Source of the DNA: Candidatus Omnitrophota bacterium
GTDB lineage: Bacteria; Omnitrophota; Omnitrophia; Omnitrophales; Aquincolibacteriaceae
Reading direction: 5' to 3'
Length of the DNA stretch: 64,000 bases
Assembly (NCBI GenBank): GCA_043821445.1
Contig: JBDRCT010000003.1
Span: 5,440 to 69,439, forward strand
Part shown: positions 29,849 through 39,423 of the stretch, one piece after another
How the letters are laid out: each line of letters starts with the position of its first letter
Numbering within the stretch: the first letter of the stretch is position 1
Notes under the pieces: model-generated
The model's database searches: none
Seen by the model: only the letters and a program-made list of their open reading frames with translations
Told to the model about the DNA's origin: nothing
Position numbers and translations under genes: made by a program

Positions 29849-31371
29849 TTTTTCTTCTTACGCTCCAGATATTTGGATAGTTGTTCAAGTCCCTGATTAA
29901 GAAGCTGATCTGCCCCGCTCTGCAACAACTTTGAACCGATATAATTCAGGTCCGGCTGGACCGCGGCATTCGGGAAAACGCCGCTGTAACGGAACGGTAT
30001 CATGACTTGGCCGTTCCGGTCTGCGATCAATTCCATCTCGCGAATCTTTTTCATTAAATAAGCTGAAATGGCTTGAGATAACAACAACTGCATGGAACCT
30101 TCGACACGCTTGTCCAGGATCTCATAGGTCCCCTGGCCGGACAACTGATAGTTGGAATGTGTCAGCCGGAATTCGTTGATCTGCATGATCCCGGTCTGTA
30201 CCTCATACAACACTTGCAAGGACTGGAACGGCGTGTCACGCTCCTTTAACATTGCATTCAATTCCGGCGGAGGCTCCCCGCCCAGGACATTTGTGATCGC
30301 AAGCACCGGGGAAAGACGGTCAAAAACCTCTTTGATAAGATTCCGGTTCCTGAGAGCACCGTCCAGGATCTCGATCGTTCCCTGTCCCTTAAGAGATCGT
30401 TGGAGTGTGGCGGGATTCGCTCCCTCGAAAGAAAGTTGCGCCTTGGCACTAAGACGGCCGGTCATATAATCGCTCCTCTTATAAACGGCTGGAATCACCG
30501 ATTCCATGTCCAGGTCACGCACCTCAAGCGTCCCTTCAAAATGCGGCAGGTTGTCGATCAATTTGAGATGGCCTTTGAACATGGCCTTCTCAGGACCATA
30601 ACGGAGCAAAAGATCCAGCGATCGCAACCCAAGGTCCAGATCCCCCTCCGCTTCGAGATTTCTTTTCGAGGAGTTAAACACAGCCCCCCCCGCCGTAAAA
30701 TGGAACAATGATGCGGAAGCTTTCTGCCACACCTCGGCCTCCAGCTTTTCGATCTCCAGTCCATAGACTGGCTCGACTGTTTCGTCCGTAAAGTGAATGG
30801 ACGCATCCCGGACGAGGATCTTCCCAAGCTTGAATTCCCAACCTTGAGTAATGCGATTTAATTTCATTAACGAAATATTTTCGACTCCCTCCGAAACTTC
30901 GGCCGTCGGAAGAAGACTTCCCTGAGAGAGAGCGACCGCAACGGCCGGAGCAGGAGTGGCGGATTCTTTGACGACCTGAAAATTCCAGGCTCCTCCACGA
31001 TCGCGTTTGAGGAAGATCTCGGGACTCTGGATCACGATTTGAGACATGCTGAAATGCTTCTGGAAGGCCGAAGTCAGATCAGCGTCGATCCGGACCTGAT
31101 CACTTTGAAAGATTTTCTCGAGGCTCTTGGGATGATAGAACTTGAGACTGGCCACCTGAAGTTGCGGCTGGGGTTTCCATTGGAACTTGATATTGCCAAG
31201 CTCTGCGCGAAAACCGGTCTGCTGGGTGAGATGCTTTTCGAATTCCGCCCGGAACATATTGGGATCAAAGTTACGGATCGCAAAGTAACCCACCGCACCG
31301 AGAATCATTCCGAGGATCAAAAGTACGGCAAAAAGACCTCCCAGGAATTTCAGGAAACCTCGTAAGACCAT
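29845..31371 (-). CDS. AsmA-family membrane-anchored protein
   Basis: 508 aa. N-terminal TM (LFAVLLILGMILGAVGYFA), long periplasmic beta-rich region, K-rich C-terminus. Second AsmA-like paralogue in the window. Confidence 0.5.
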   Translation of the reverse strand: MVLRGFLKFLGGLFAVLLILGMILGAVGYFAIRNFDPNMFRAEFEKHLTQQTGFRAELGNIKFQWKPQPQLQVASLKFYHPKSLEKIFQSDQVRIDADLTSAFQKHFSMSQIVIQSPEIFLKRDRGGAWNFQVVKESATPAPAVAVALSQGSLLPTAEVSEGVENISLMKLNRITQGWEFKLGKILVRDASIHFTDETVEPVYGLEIEKLEAEVWQKASASLFHFTAGGAVFNSSKRNLEAEGDLDLGLRSLDLLLRYGPEKAMFKGHLKLIDNLPHFEGTLEVRDLDMESVIPAVYKRSDYMTGRLSAKAQLSFEGANPATLQRSLKGQGTIEILDGALRNRNLIKEVFDRLSPVLAITNVLGGEPPPELNAMLKERDTPFQSLQVLYEVQTGIMQINEFRLTHSNYQLSGQGTYEILDKRVEGSMQLLLSQAISAYLMKKIREMELIADRNGQVMIPFRYSGVFPNAAVQPDLNYIGSKLLQSGADQLLNQGLEQLSKYLERKKKK

Positions 31372-31814
31372 ACACCCTCGCCTTTTTTCCTGGCTTCCTC
31401 CTGAACTTTCAAGAACTTGGCTTTGTGGCCGAAGTCCTGGGTCTCGGCCACTTTGGCGGCGCCGATCTTCACCAGGAACTCATTGATCAAAACCTCTTGT
31501 TCATCGGGAACCTCGTCTAGCTTTGCGGGAAACTTCAAGTATTTTGCCTTGAGATACGCGTAGGCGAACTCCTTGGCTCCCGGCACGGGATTGGCGATCA
31601 ATTTAAGCTGCAGATCTTGCTTCTGAGCGAGCACGCGAAGAACCGAGATCCCTTCTGTGTCCATCTGAACCCCGACGAGGACCACCTGCTTGCCACTCTC
31701 AAGCGTCAACGTCCCGTCCGTCCCGACCTCCGTCACGATCTCTGCGCAAAGGCCAGAAGAAAAAAGACAGAGGCCGGACAAAAGCAAAAACAGCCATCGC
31801 TTTTTTGAGTTCAC
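31350..31814 (-). CDS. SNase (thermonuclease)-like lipoprotein
   Basis: 154 aa. Signal peptide plus Cys. The C-terminal ...EARKKGEGVWS resembles the staphylococcal-nuclease-family ending. Confidence 0.4.
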   Translation of the reverse strand: MNSKKRWLFLLLSGLCLFSSGLCAEIVTEVGTDGTLTLESGKQVVLVGVQMDTEGISVLRVLAQKQDLQLKLIANPVPGAKEFAYAYLKAKYLKFPAKLDEVPDEQEVLINEFLVKIGAAKVAETQDFGHKAKFLKVQEEARKKGEGVWSYEVS

Positions 31815-32242
31815 GACACCCTGACTCTTCCATCGTTATAATCTATCTCGTTCAAGCCAAGCTCCACGGTCCGGTACTTTTTCCGAAGGGCTTTCAGTTC
31901 TTCTTGACCCGCTGGCATATACTGGTAGTAACGCACCAGCTCTTTTTTATTTAATACCACGGCGTCGCTATAGGCGGCCGGGATGCTCCAGAACCAAGTT
32001 AACCACATGATGTTCCAGAGATATTTTTCGTCGGACCCATAAGCGAGATACCCATATCCCGCAAAGGGCAATAAGCATAGCCATGCGGCAACGGCAGGAT
32101 TCTTGATCTTCACATTGCAGGTATTGACCCCGTAGGATTTCAACTCATACACCGCATTTTTTTCGGATTGAGTGAGCGACACACATCCGGAAAGCATCAC
32201 CACCAGCAACAACACCGCATTCAATTTCAAGAAATGATCCAT
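31811..32242 (-). CDS. hypothetical lipoprotein
   Basis: 143 aa. Lipobox LSGC after the signal peptide. Hydrophobic W/Y-rich C-terminal segment. Confidence 0.4.
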   Translation of the reverse strand: MDHFLKLNAVLLLVVMLSGCVSLTQSEKNAVYELKSYGVNTCNVKIKNPAVAAWLCLLPFAGYGYLAYGSDEKYLWNIMWLTWFWSIPAAYSDAVVLNKKELVRYYQYMPAGQEELKALRKKYRTVELGLNEIDYNDGRVRVS

Positions 32243-32255
32243 TGTTCGATCCTCC

Positions 32256-33623
32256 TTACGGGGTTTGCGATTTACGGACTACGCTTTTTAACCATTCTAG
32301 AGCATCTTCCCTGTTTTTGAAACGACCTTCTAGCTGCAAAACATAAGCTTCTTCCAAAACCGGCTTCATCGCCCGTCCGGGTTTCATGCCGAGCTCCATG
32401 AGATCGTGCCCGTTCACAAGCGGCTCGGGTTTTAACTCTTCATGTTCATATTCCTTGAGCTTGTCCCGGAGGAACGCGAGATTGTCCAGCATCCCGTGGC
32501 TCGCGGTACAATCCAAACGATGGAGCTCCATTTCCTCTTCAAAATACGGACGGCTGATGAATTGCTTGAGTTTTCCTGCCCGCATCTTCTGCACATCCAT
32601 GAATCTCATATGATTGGCGATGCATTCCGAAACTCCCTCGGTCTCCTCGTTTGAAAAACGCAGCCGCCGCATGATCTCGCGGGCGATCTTCACGCCCTCG
32701 CCGGAATGCTCATAAAAGGTCAAACGGCCTTTGCGTATTGCGGACGTCTTGGGCTTTCCAATATCGTGAAAAAGCACGGAGAAAGCGAGAATGGCCGAAA
32801 CCGGAGGCCGAAGGTGCTCCAAAAGAAGCCGCGTATGTTCATAGACATCGCCTTCGGGATGAAAATTCTCGGGTTGCTTTACTCCGCGCATTGCTTCCAC
32901 TTCAGGTAGTATCTCTTTCATGAGCCCGGATTCTGAAAGCAGTGTGAACCCACGCGCCGCTCCGGATCGCGTAAAGATCTTCACAAGTTCTTCGCGGATT
33001 CGTTCGGGACTCACTTCGTGGATTTCGGGAGCCTTCTCACAAAGCGCCTCCCAGGTTTTCTTCTCGATCTCAAAACCAAGCGTTGAGGCAAAGCGGATCG
33101 CCCGGAGAAGTCGCAGTTTGTCCTCTTTAAAGCGAGCCGCGGGATCGCCGATGGCGCGTATCACCTTGAGGGGCAGATCTCTCATCCCCTCCACAAAATC
33201 AATCACCTTCTCCGCGAAGGGATCATAGAACATGCCGTTCACCGTAAAGTCGCGGCGCTTGGCGTCTTCTTCGGGTTGGCTAAATGAAACTCGGGTGGGA
33301 TGGCGACCGTCCTGGTAACCCCCTTCGCAACGGAAGGTCGCAACCTCAAAAGGGGTTTCTTCTTCAACCACGATCATCACGCCGAATTGCTTGCCGACGG
33401 GGATCGTCCGGTGAAAGATCTTTTCGACCTCTTCAGGCGTCGCGGTCGTGGCAATATCAAAATCCTGAGGCTTTTGACCTCTCAAATGGTCTCGGACACA
33501 ACCGCCCGCGAAATACGCGATATATCCCTTGTCTTTAAGGGTCTTCGCGATCGCGAGTGCCAGCCGTCCTTTTGATTCGCTGAGGTCCATCGGGCCCGGG
33601 GCCATATCGCTCCGTGATGTCAT
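32256..33623 (-). CDS. cca: CCA-adding enzyme / tRNA nucleotidyltransferase with HD domain
   Basis: 455 aa. Pol-beta head domain FAGGCVRDHLRGQKPQDFDIAT. HD domain FHDIGKP. Confidence 0.85.
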   Translation of the reverse strand: MTSRSDMAPGPMDLSESKGRLALAIAKTLKDKGYIAYFAGGCVRDHLRGQKPQDFDIATTATPEEVEKIFHRTIPVGKQFGVMIVVEEETPFEVATFRCEGGYQDGRHPTRVSFSQPEEDAKRRDFTVNGMFYDPFAEKVIDFVEGMRDLPLKVIRAIGDPAARFKEDKLRLLRAIRFASTLGFEIEKKTWEALCEKAPEIHEVSPERIREELVKIFTRSGAARGFTLLSESGLMKEILPEVEAMRGVKQPENFHPEGDVYEHTRLLLEHLRPPVSAILAFSVLFHDIGKPKTSAIRKGRLTFYEHSGEGVKIAREIMRRLRFSNEETEGVSECIANHMRFMDVQKMRAGKLKQFISRPYFEEEMELHRLDCTASHGMLDNLAFLRDKLKEYEHEELKPEPLVNGHDLMELGMKPGRAMKPVLEEAYVLQLEGRFKNREDALEWLKSVVRKSQTP

Positions 33624-33649
33624 GCATCAAAGTTCATCGGAAACCAGTA

Positions 33650-33970
33650 TCAGACGTTAAAAAAATCGCGGGCAGCTTTATCTCCCGCGGCTTTTTGATA
33701 ATCCAGATAATCGATCAACATGAGATCGGGCCGTTTTTCGCCGAGGCGCTTGGCTAGCTGAAACCGCTCGGAGGGGTGGGTTTCAAGACGCCGGCTCGCG
33801 ATATACTTGAACACCGTCCCGCATTTCGGGCAGGCCTTGGTATCGTAGGCGTTTATCCCAAGCTCGTTGCAAGAAGCACAATTGCCCGAAAGATCCCCGA
33901 TGATGAGGAGATTTTTTTTGACTTCCTCAAGCACAAAGGGTTTGTAAGTACGAAGGTAATGCTGGGCCAT
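33650..33970 (-). CDS. hypothetical zinc-ribbon protein
   Basis: 106 aa. CxxC...CxxC (CASCN...CPKCG). Confidence 0.35.
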   Translation of the reverse strand: MAQHYLRTYKPFVLEEVKKNLLIIGDLSGNCASCNELGINAYDTKACPKCGTVFKYIASRRLETHPSERFQLAKRLGEKRPDLMLIDYLDYQKAAGDKAARDFFNV

Positions 33971-33999
33971 GGCTTAAAACTCCTCATGAAAGGAACGGG

Positions 34000-34443
34000 C
34001 TATTTTTTGAATACGAGATCTCCAGCGCGGACGCGGGACTTTACTTCAACGCCAAAATCATCGCCTTTTCTGGCGATCATGACCGGCTGGTGATCGATCT
34101 GCATAGAAACAACCTTTTGCTTGAAATCTGTTGTATGGCCCTTAAACAGAAGCTCATCCCCGATCCGGATCTCCCCGGTCTTGATCTTGAGCACAGCGGC
34201 ATTCACATGCGGAAAATAATGTGTGACCTCCGCAGTCGGCAATGCCGCCAAAGCAACTTTCACCATTCTCGTCTGTTTTTTTACCGCGACTTTTTTTGAA
34301 ACTTTCTTCTTAGCCGGCCTGGCCGCTTTTTTCTTGCCAGGCTTGACCGTTTTCTTTTTAGAAACTTTCCCCTTGGATTTTGCAGTCTTCTTGAGTTTGG
34401 TCGAACCAAAAATAGCCTTACCGATCTTTTTCAAAAATTTCAT
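34000..34443 (-). CDS. histone H1-like Lys/Ala-rich DNA-binding-type protein with C-terminal beta-barrel domain
   Basis: 147 aa. N-terminal ~60 aa is a KKxxKP-type basic repeat tail, followed by a compact ~85-aa domain. Confidence 0.4.
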   Translation of the reverse strand: MKFLKKIGKAIFGSTKLKKTAKSKGKVSKKKTVKPGKKKAARPAKKKVSKKVAVKKQTRMVKVALAALPTAEVTHYFPHVNAAVLKIKTGEIRIGDELLFKGHTTDFKQKVVSMQIDHQPVMIARKGDDFGVEVKSRVRAGDLVFKK

Positions 34444-34472
34444 GATTTTTCCTCCGTTGGATGCGAAACGGT

Positions 34473-35555
34473 TTAAGAATCTTCTTCCAAAGAGATTTCT
34501 TTGGGCGCCGGCCCCGCGACCTGCCCCTGATGCTGTTCCAGAATATTCAGCCGGTTCCGCAATTTTTGGAACCGCTGTTCCGTTTTTTCATACGCTGTAC
34601 GAGCGTGAGCCAAATGCCCGCCGATCTTTTCAAAATCCGTCAAACACTGCTCAAGATCCACTTCCAGCTGACCTAAATTTTCAAGGATGATCTGCGCCGA
34701 GCGCTCGATTCTCATGCCCTTAAGCCCGCGCACGATCGACTGGAGATAGACATAAAAACTATTGGGCGAGACCGGGATCACCTTGCGCTTCATGGCATAC
34801 GCCGAAAGGCTTTCATTCTGAGCATCATCTTTAATGATGGTCTCATAATAGATACTTTCGGACGGAATATACATGAGAGCAAACTCAAAGGTCCCTTCCT
34901 CCGGCAGGATGTACTTCGCCCCGATATCATCGATGTGCTTCTTGACGTCCCGCCAGAACCCCTTACGGGCTTCGGCCTGCTTTTCGTCACTCCCTGCTTC
35001 CAAGATGCGCTTGAAATTCTCGAGCGGGAATTTCGCGTCCACCGGGATCAATCCTTCGCCGAGCCGGATCACGGCGTCCACCTGGGAACCGTTCGCAAAA
35101 CGGTACTGAAGCGCGAAATGATCTTCCGGAAGAATCTGGCGCAAAAGTTCCGCGAGGAGCAATTCGCCCATTCCGCCACGGAGTTTCGGGGCGCGGAGAA
35201 TGTCATGGAGGGATGAAATGTCTTTCCCGATATCCATCATGGACTGCGTGGCCTGCTGCAAAACACCGAGCCGGTGTTGAACATCTCCCATGATCTGGCG
35301 GTAATTCTGCTGGTTCTCCTGGAGAAACTGGGAATTCTGTTTCATCTGGTCATTCATCTGACGCGCAAGGGCTTGGATCTGGTCTTGCAAAGTCGTATGG
35401 AGATTATGGAGTTCTTGCTGGAGCTGAAGAAAGGGCTGGAAGGTCTTATCGTCGGCAGCGGCCCGCTTGGACAAACGCTGAAAAATCCAGAGGACTGCGG
35501 CGAGGCCGCAAAGGGACGCCACAACAGTGATGAGAACTAGCAGCGAGACATTCAT
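34473..35555 (-). CDS. rmuC: DNA recombination protein RmuC family
   Basis: N-terminal TM, long coiled coil, C-terminal RmuC-like region (FALMYIPSESIYYETI). Start taken at MNVSLL (ATG 35555). The upstream tracked extension would read through the intergenic hairpin. Confidence 0.6.
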   Translation of the reverse strand: MNVSLLVLITVVASLCGLAAVLWIFQRLSKRAAADDKTFQPFLQLQQELHNLHTTLQDQIQALARQMNDQMKQNSQFLQENQQNYRQIMGDVQHRLGVLQQATQSMMDIGKDISSLHDILRAPKLRGGMGELLLAELLRQILPEDHFALQYRFANGSQVDAVIRLGEGLIPVDAKFPLENFKRILEAGSDEKQAEARKGFWRDVKKHIDDIGAKYILPEEGTFEFALMYIPSESIYYETIIKDDAQNESLSAYAMKRKVIPVSPNSFYVYLQSIVRGLKGMRIERSAQIILENLGQLEVDLEQCLTDFEKIGGHLAHARTAYEKTEQRFQKLRNRLNILEQHQGQVAGPAPKEISLEEDS

Positions 35556-35625
35556 AGGCGGATTATAAACTATTATTGTCTCGATGTCATTGCAGGGTTG
35601 CGTAACTCGTGCCACAGCCCACCCG

Positions 35626-35654
35626 CCACGCACCACGTGGCCCGTGGTGCGTGG
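35626..35654. terminator. GC-rich hairpin (12-bp stem, 5-nt loop) downstream of rne/rng; possible factor-dependent terminator or processing site
   Basis: ccacgcaccacg tggcc cgtggtgcgtgg. No U-tract follows. Confidence 0.5.
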
Positions 35655-35694
35655 TTCGTGGAACAGATAATTTTATGTCCATCGAGCATTCGTA

Positions 35695-37419
35695 CTATTT
35701 AATAAACGTAATATTGATATCTTCGCGGTGCGCGGTCGGCTCGGAATAGATCGAAATACGACTGCCCGTGTTCTTCTCGAGGAATCGTAGCGCTTTCTTT
35801 TCCTGCTGGAGCAGGCGTTCCGCAACATCCGGGTGCACATACGCATTCACGATGCGGTCCCTGGAATCCTTCAGGGACTTGCGCAATTCCCGGATGACCT
35901 GGATCGACATAGTCGCGGTCGACTTGATATTGCCCTTGCCCTCACAATACGGGCAGGTGTCGTAGACTGCGCTCTCAAGCGATGGGCGCATTCTCTGGCG
36001 CGTCATCTGGATCAGCCCAAGTTCGGAAACCTGCACCAAGTGTGTCTTGGCGCGATCTTTGCTCACCGCCTCTTTAAAAATATTAAAGAGGTTGCGGCGA
36101 TGCTGCCCTTGTTCCATATCGATAAAATCGATCACGATGATCCCGCCGACGTCCCGGAGCCGGAGCTGGCGCGCGATCTCCTGCGCGGCCTCGACGTTGT
36201 TCTTATACACGGTCTCCTCAAGACCCCGGTTGTTCCCGGTGAACTTCCCGGTATTCACATCGATCGCTACAAGACCCTCGGTCTGTTCGATCACGATATA
36301 ACCGCCCGACTTAAGATAAACATTCTTTTGGAACGTTCGCTCGATCTCTTTTTCGATCCCGTGACGTTCAAAGAGACTTCCCTTTTCCTTCGCGAACTCG
36401 ATATTGAGATCCTGCCCCGGCATATAGACCGAGATGAAGCGCTTAAGCTTCTTGAAGATCTCGGGATGATCCACTACGATCTTGGTGGTTTCTTCGTTCA
36501 CGTGATCACGGACCACGCGTTCCACAAGGCCGAGCTCCTGATGGATCATCACGGGCGCTTTTTTGGCCGAGATCATGCCGTGAATCTTCTTCCACAGCCG
36601 GATCAAATAACGGATATCCCGTGTAAAATCCGCGTCACTTCTTCCTTCCGCATTCGTCCGCACAATGAACCCAACGCCCTTCGGGATCTCCAGGCTTCTG
36701 AAGATACCCCGGATCCGCTCGCGTTCCGAACGGCTCTCCACACGCCGCGAGATCCCGATCTTTGATTCGCCGGGCATCATCACAAGATAACGTGCCGGGA
36801 TCGAAAATTGTGTCGTAAGGCGTGGCCCCTTGTTCCCGAGCGGTTCTTTGACGACCTGCACAATAACCTTCTGTCCGACTTTGAGGACCTCTTCGATCCT
36901 CGGACGCCGCTGATGCTGATAATGCTGTTGCGGTGGCTGATTCCGGCCCCCTTGTCGTCCCCCTTGCTGATGATGCCTCCCGCGCCCGCGGTCCCGTCCC
37001 CCGTGACGTCCCTGACCCCGCCCCTGCCCCTGAGGTTGTCCTGGTACTTGACCATGAACTTGGCCCGGTACCGGGGGCTGTGCCTGGAGATTGCCTTCAA
37101 CAACAACGCCTTCGGGGGGCTTTACTTCGGTGACTGTTCCTTCCGTTTTTTTCTCTTCCCCATCGTCAAATTCCGCATCGAGATCCAGTGGCGAGCGAAG
37201 CGCGTCGCCGACGTAAAGAAAACCGTCTTTCCCAGTCCCGATATCCACGAACGCAGCGTCGATCCCCGGGATCACGGTCTTCACGATCCCTTCGTAGATA
37301 TTCCCGAAAAGCTTCTTCGAGTCCCCGCGCTCGATATAGAATTCCTCAAGCCGGCCATCCTCGAGAATGGCGACTTGTTTTTCATTAGCATCCTGTGAAA
37401 TTAAAATTTTTCTTTCCAT
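35695..37419 (-). CDS. ribonuclease E/G family endoribonuclease
   Basis: 574 aa. S1 domain (VDIGTGKDGFLYVGD). RNase E/G catalytic core (DVGGIIVIDFIDM, Zn-link CPYCEGKG). Carries an internal Gly/Gln/Arg-rich low-complexity insert. Confidence 0.85.
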   Translation of the reverse strand: MERKILISQDANEKQVAILEDGRLEEFYIERGDSKKLFGNIYEGIVKTVIPGIDAAFVDIGTGKDGFLYVGDALRSPLDLDAEFDDGEEKKTEGTVTEVKPPEGVVVEGNLQAQPPVPGQVHGQVPGQPQGQGRGQGRHGGRDRGRGRHHQQGGRQGGRNQPPQQHYQHQRRPRIEEVLKVGQKVIVQVVKEPLGNKGPRLTTQFSIPARYLVMMPGESKIGISRRVESRSERERIRGIFRSLEIPKGVGFIVRTNAEGRSDADFTRDIRYLIRLWKKIHGMISAKKAPVMIHQELGLVERVVRDHVNEETTKIVVDHPEIFKKLKRFISVYMPGQDLNIEFAKEKGSLFERHGIEKEIERTFQKNVYLKSGGYIVIEQTEGLVAIDVNTGKFTGNNRGLEETVYKNNVEAAQEIARQLRLRDVGGIIVIDFIDMEQGQHRRNLFNIFKEAVSKDRAKTHLVQVSELGLIQMTRQRMRPSLESAVYDTCPYCEGKGNIKSTATMSIQVIRELRKSLKDSRDRIVNAYVHPDVAERLLQQEKKALRFLEKNTGSRISIYSEPTAHREDINITFIK

Positions 37420-37733
37420 GACCTTCTTGATCCTTTCGTTTGATCCATTAAAATGTCGTCATTCTGAGTCTGATGCTTTCTTGCGAAAGCAAGAATCAGA
37501 CGAAGAACCTCAAAACGAGATCCTTCTCCCGCCCTCGGCGGGATCAGGATGACGCGGCTTTTTGTTAAGGCTCTCAGTGAGGGCCTATTTATTTGCGGTG
37601 AAAACTGCGGAACTTAGGCGGGTGTAAAGCTTGTGGAAAGAAAAAGCGTCAACTTATTCCGAGGCGGATCTTTAACGAACCTTAAGGCCTGTCGGGGGCC
37701 TTCCTAAAAGAACCTAAAAGACCGGACCTGAGT
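37420..37733 (-). promoter_or_regulatory. structured ~310-nt leader/5' UTR of rne plus terminator hairpin of the upstream pilus operon
   Basis: Two hairpins at the secretin stop (accggacctga gt tcaggccggt, 37721-37743) and aaggcc...ggcctt. A GAAA-tetraloop hairpin ttcttgc gaaa gcaagaa lies within an extended imperfect stem around 37470-37510. A cccgcc ctc ggcggg hairpin is also present. Confidence 0.45.
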
Positions 37734-39410
37734 TCAGGCCGGTTTGTCCTTGTTCGTATCGTCCGAGACTGCTGGTTTCTCAGAATCTTTCACGCCCGGC
37801 GCGGCATCCGTGGCAGCCGTTTTTTGCTGGGCTTGAGCATCTTTTGACTGGTCATTCTTCCCGTCAACTTTGGCACCCGCAGGCTGTCCCTGCGAATCCA
37901 CCGTAGTAACTGTTACAAAAAAGAGCGTTTCGTTTTTACTATTATCTGCCATATCCTGTCGCTTGGAGCGGAACAATTTCCCCAGCAGAGGGATATTCCC
38001 CAAAAAAGGCACTTTATCTTCTGTCGAACCCACACTATCTGACATCAATCCGCCGATCGCAATGGTCTGGCCGCTTTGGATCAATACCTGGGTCATCGCT
38101 TTGGTGATGTTGAAGGAGGGCGCTGCCAATCCTCCAGCACCCGGAATGAATGTGATCAGAGGACCGGCACTGCTTATTTCCGGCTTCAGGTCGACAAGAA
38201 TCTCCTCGGCCGAATTAATGTGGGGCGTAACATTCAAAACAATGCCCAAATTTCTGTAATTATAGCCAGACACTTCCATACTGCCGGTCGTTTCGTTCCT
38301 TTCAAAATTTGGGATCGGATAGTCCGACCCCACCTGAATACTGGCCTTCTGATTATTCAGGACAACGATCCGCGGATTGGAAATCACCTTCGTATTGACC
38401 CGGGTCTCCAGAAAATTTAACATTGCAGAAAAACTCGAGAAATCCAAAGTACCGTACTGAAGGGAAGGCGTATCCCCTGCTACCTTAGCCACATAAGGAA
38501 GGCCACGCGCATCGACTGGATTCACTACGTAATCTGCCACGGCGACGGCGCCGCCAGAGGTGGATCCCGCTAAAACTGGGAAAAACTGATTCAACGCCGG
38601 CGAAGGAGCTTCGGATGTTTGAGTAAATGGAAATGTTGTGGGACGAGTACTTCCGCTGGTAAGCCCGCCCGCAACATTCCAATCAATGCCAAGGTTTTCG
38701 ATATTAGAAACCTCTGTATTAACGATCTTGGAATCGATAAAAGCCTGGGAAGTAATCTTATCGAGTTTTTTGATCACTTCCCCGATGCGGTAGAGGTTCG
38801 TGGGGATGTCGGTCACGACAAGCATGTTGGTACGCTCCGAAGACTTTATCTTGCCGCGCTCACTCAGCATATCCATGACCGAGGCCTGGATCTCCTTGGC
38901 CTTGGAATAATTCAGGACAAAGGTCTTTGTCTCGACCGGCTCGAGTTTCATTTCTTCGCGGGTCGTCACACGGATAATGTTCCCATCGCGTTCGAAAACA
39001 TAGTTATAGGTCCTCAAGATGACACTGAGCGCTTTTTCCCAGGGAACATTATCCAACCGAACGGTCACAAGACCCTTCACCTCCGGACCGGTCACAATGT
39101 TGACGTTACTTTTCATGCTTAGCACGCGAAGCACGCTTCCGATGTCCGCATCCTTGAAATCCAAGCTGATCGTGTCATCCTCGGCTACCGGACCAGACGC
39201 CGCGGCAGGCGCTGAAGCCGCTTCCGGCACAGAAGCCGTTTGCGTTACTGCGACCGGATTGGGGTCTGCGGCAAGGACGACACCGGCCACACAAAAGAGA
39301 CACGGGAGCAATACAAGAAAAACGGATGTCCACGGTCTTGCAGCCTGGGCCTTTTGCGAAGGCGGGATAAAATGATGAGACGTTTGTTTCATGAAGTTCA
39401 CGAGCTCCAT
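37734..39410 (-). CDS. pilQ: type IV pilus / T2SS secretin (PilQ/GspD family)
   Basis: 558 aa. C-terminal secretin domain (VLIQSGQTIAIGGLMSDSV...VPFLGNIPLLGKLFRS). N0/N1-type N-terminal domains. Confidence 0.85.
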   Translation of the reverse strand: MELVNFMKQTSHHFIPPSQKAQAARPWTSVFLVLLPCLFCVAGVVLAADPNPVAVTQTASVPEAASAPAAASGPVAEDDTISLDFKDADIGSVLRVLSMKSNVNIVTGPEVKGLVTVRLDNVPWEKALSVILRTYNYVFERDGNIIRVTTREEMKLEPVETKTFVLNYSKAKEIQASVMDMLSERGKIKSSERTNMLVVTDIPTNLYRIGEVIKKLDKITSQAFIDSKIVNTEVSNIENLGIDWNVAGGLTSGSTRPTTFPFTQTSEAPSPALNQFFPVLAGSTSGGAVAVADYVVNPVDARGLPYVAKVAGDTPSLQYGTLDFSSFSAMLNFLETRVNTKVISNPRIVVLNNQKASIQVGSDYPIPNFERNETTGSMEVSGYNYRNLGIVLNVTPHINSAEEILVDLKPEISSAGPLITFIPGAGGLAAPSFNITKAMTQVLIQSGQTIAIGGLMSDSVGSTEDKVPFLGNIPLLGKLFRSKRQDMADNSKNETLFFVTVTTVDSQGQPAGAKVDGKNDQSKDAQAQQKTAATDAAPGVKDSEKPAVSDDTNKDKPA

Positions 39411-39423
39411 TGTATCACAAAAC

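Noticed and set aside
35556-35636. 5' extension of the rmuC ORF (MVRGGWAVARVTQ...).
   Set aside because: It would be translated through the perfect 12-bp GC hairpin. The hydrophobic N-terminal TM typical of RmuC begins at the internal MNVSLL start.
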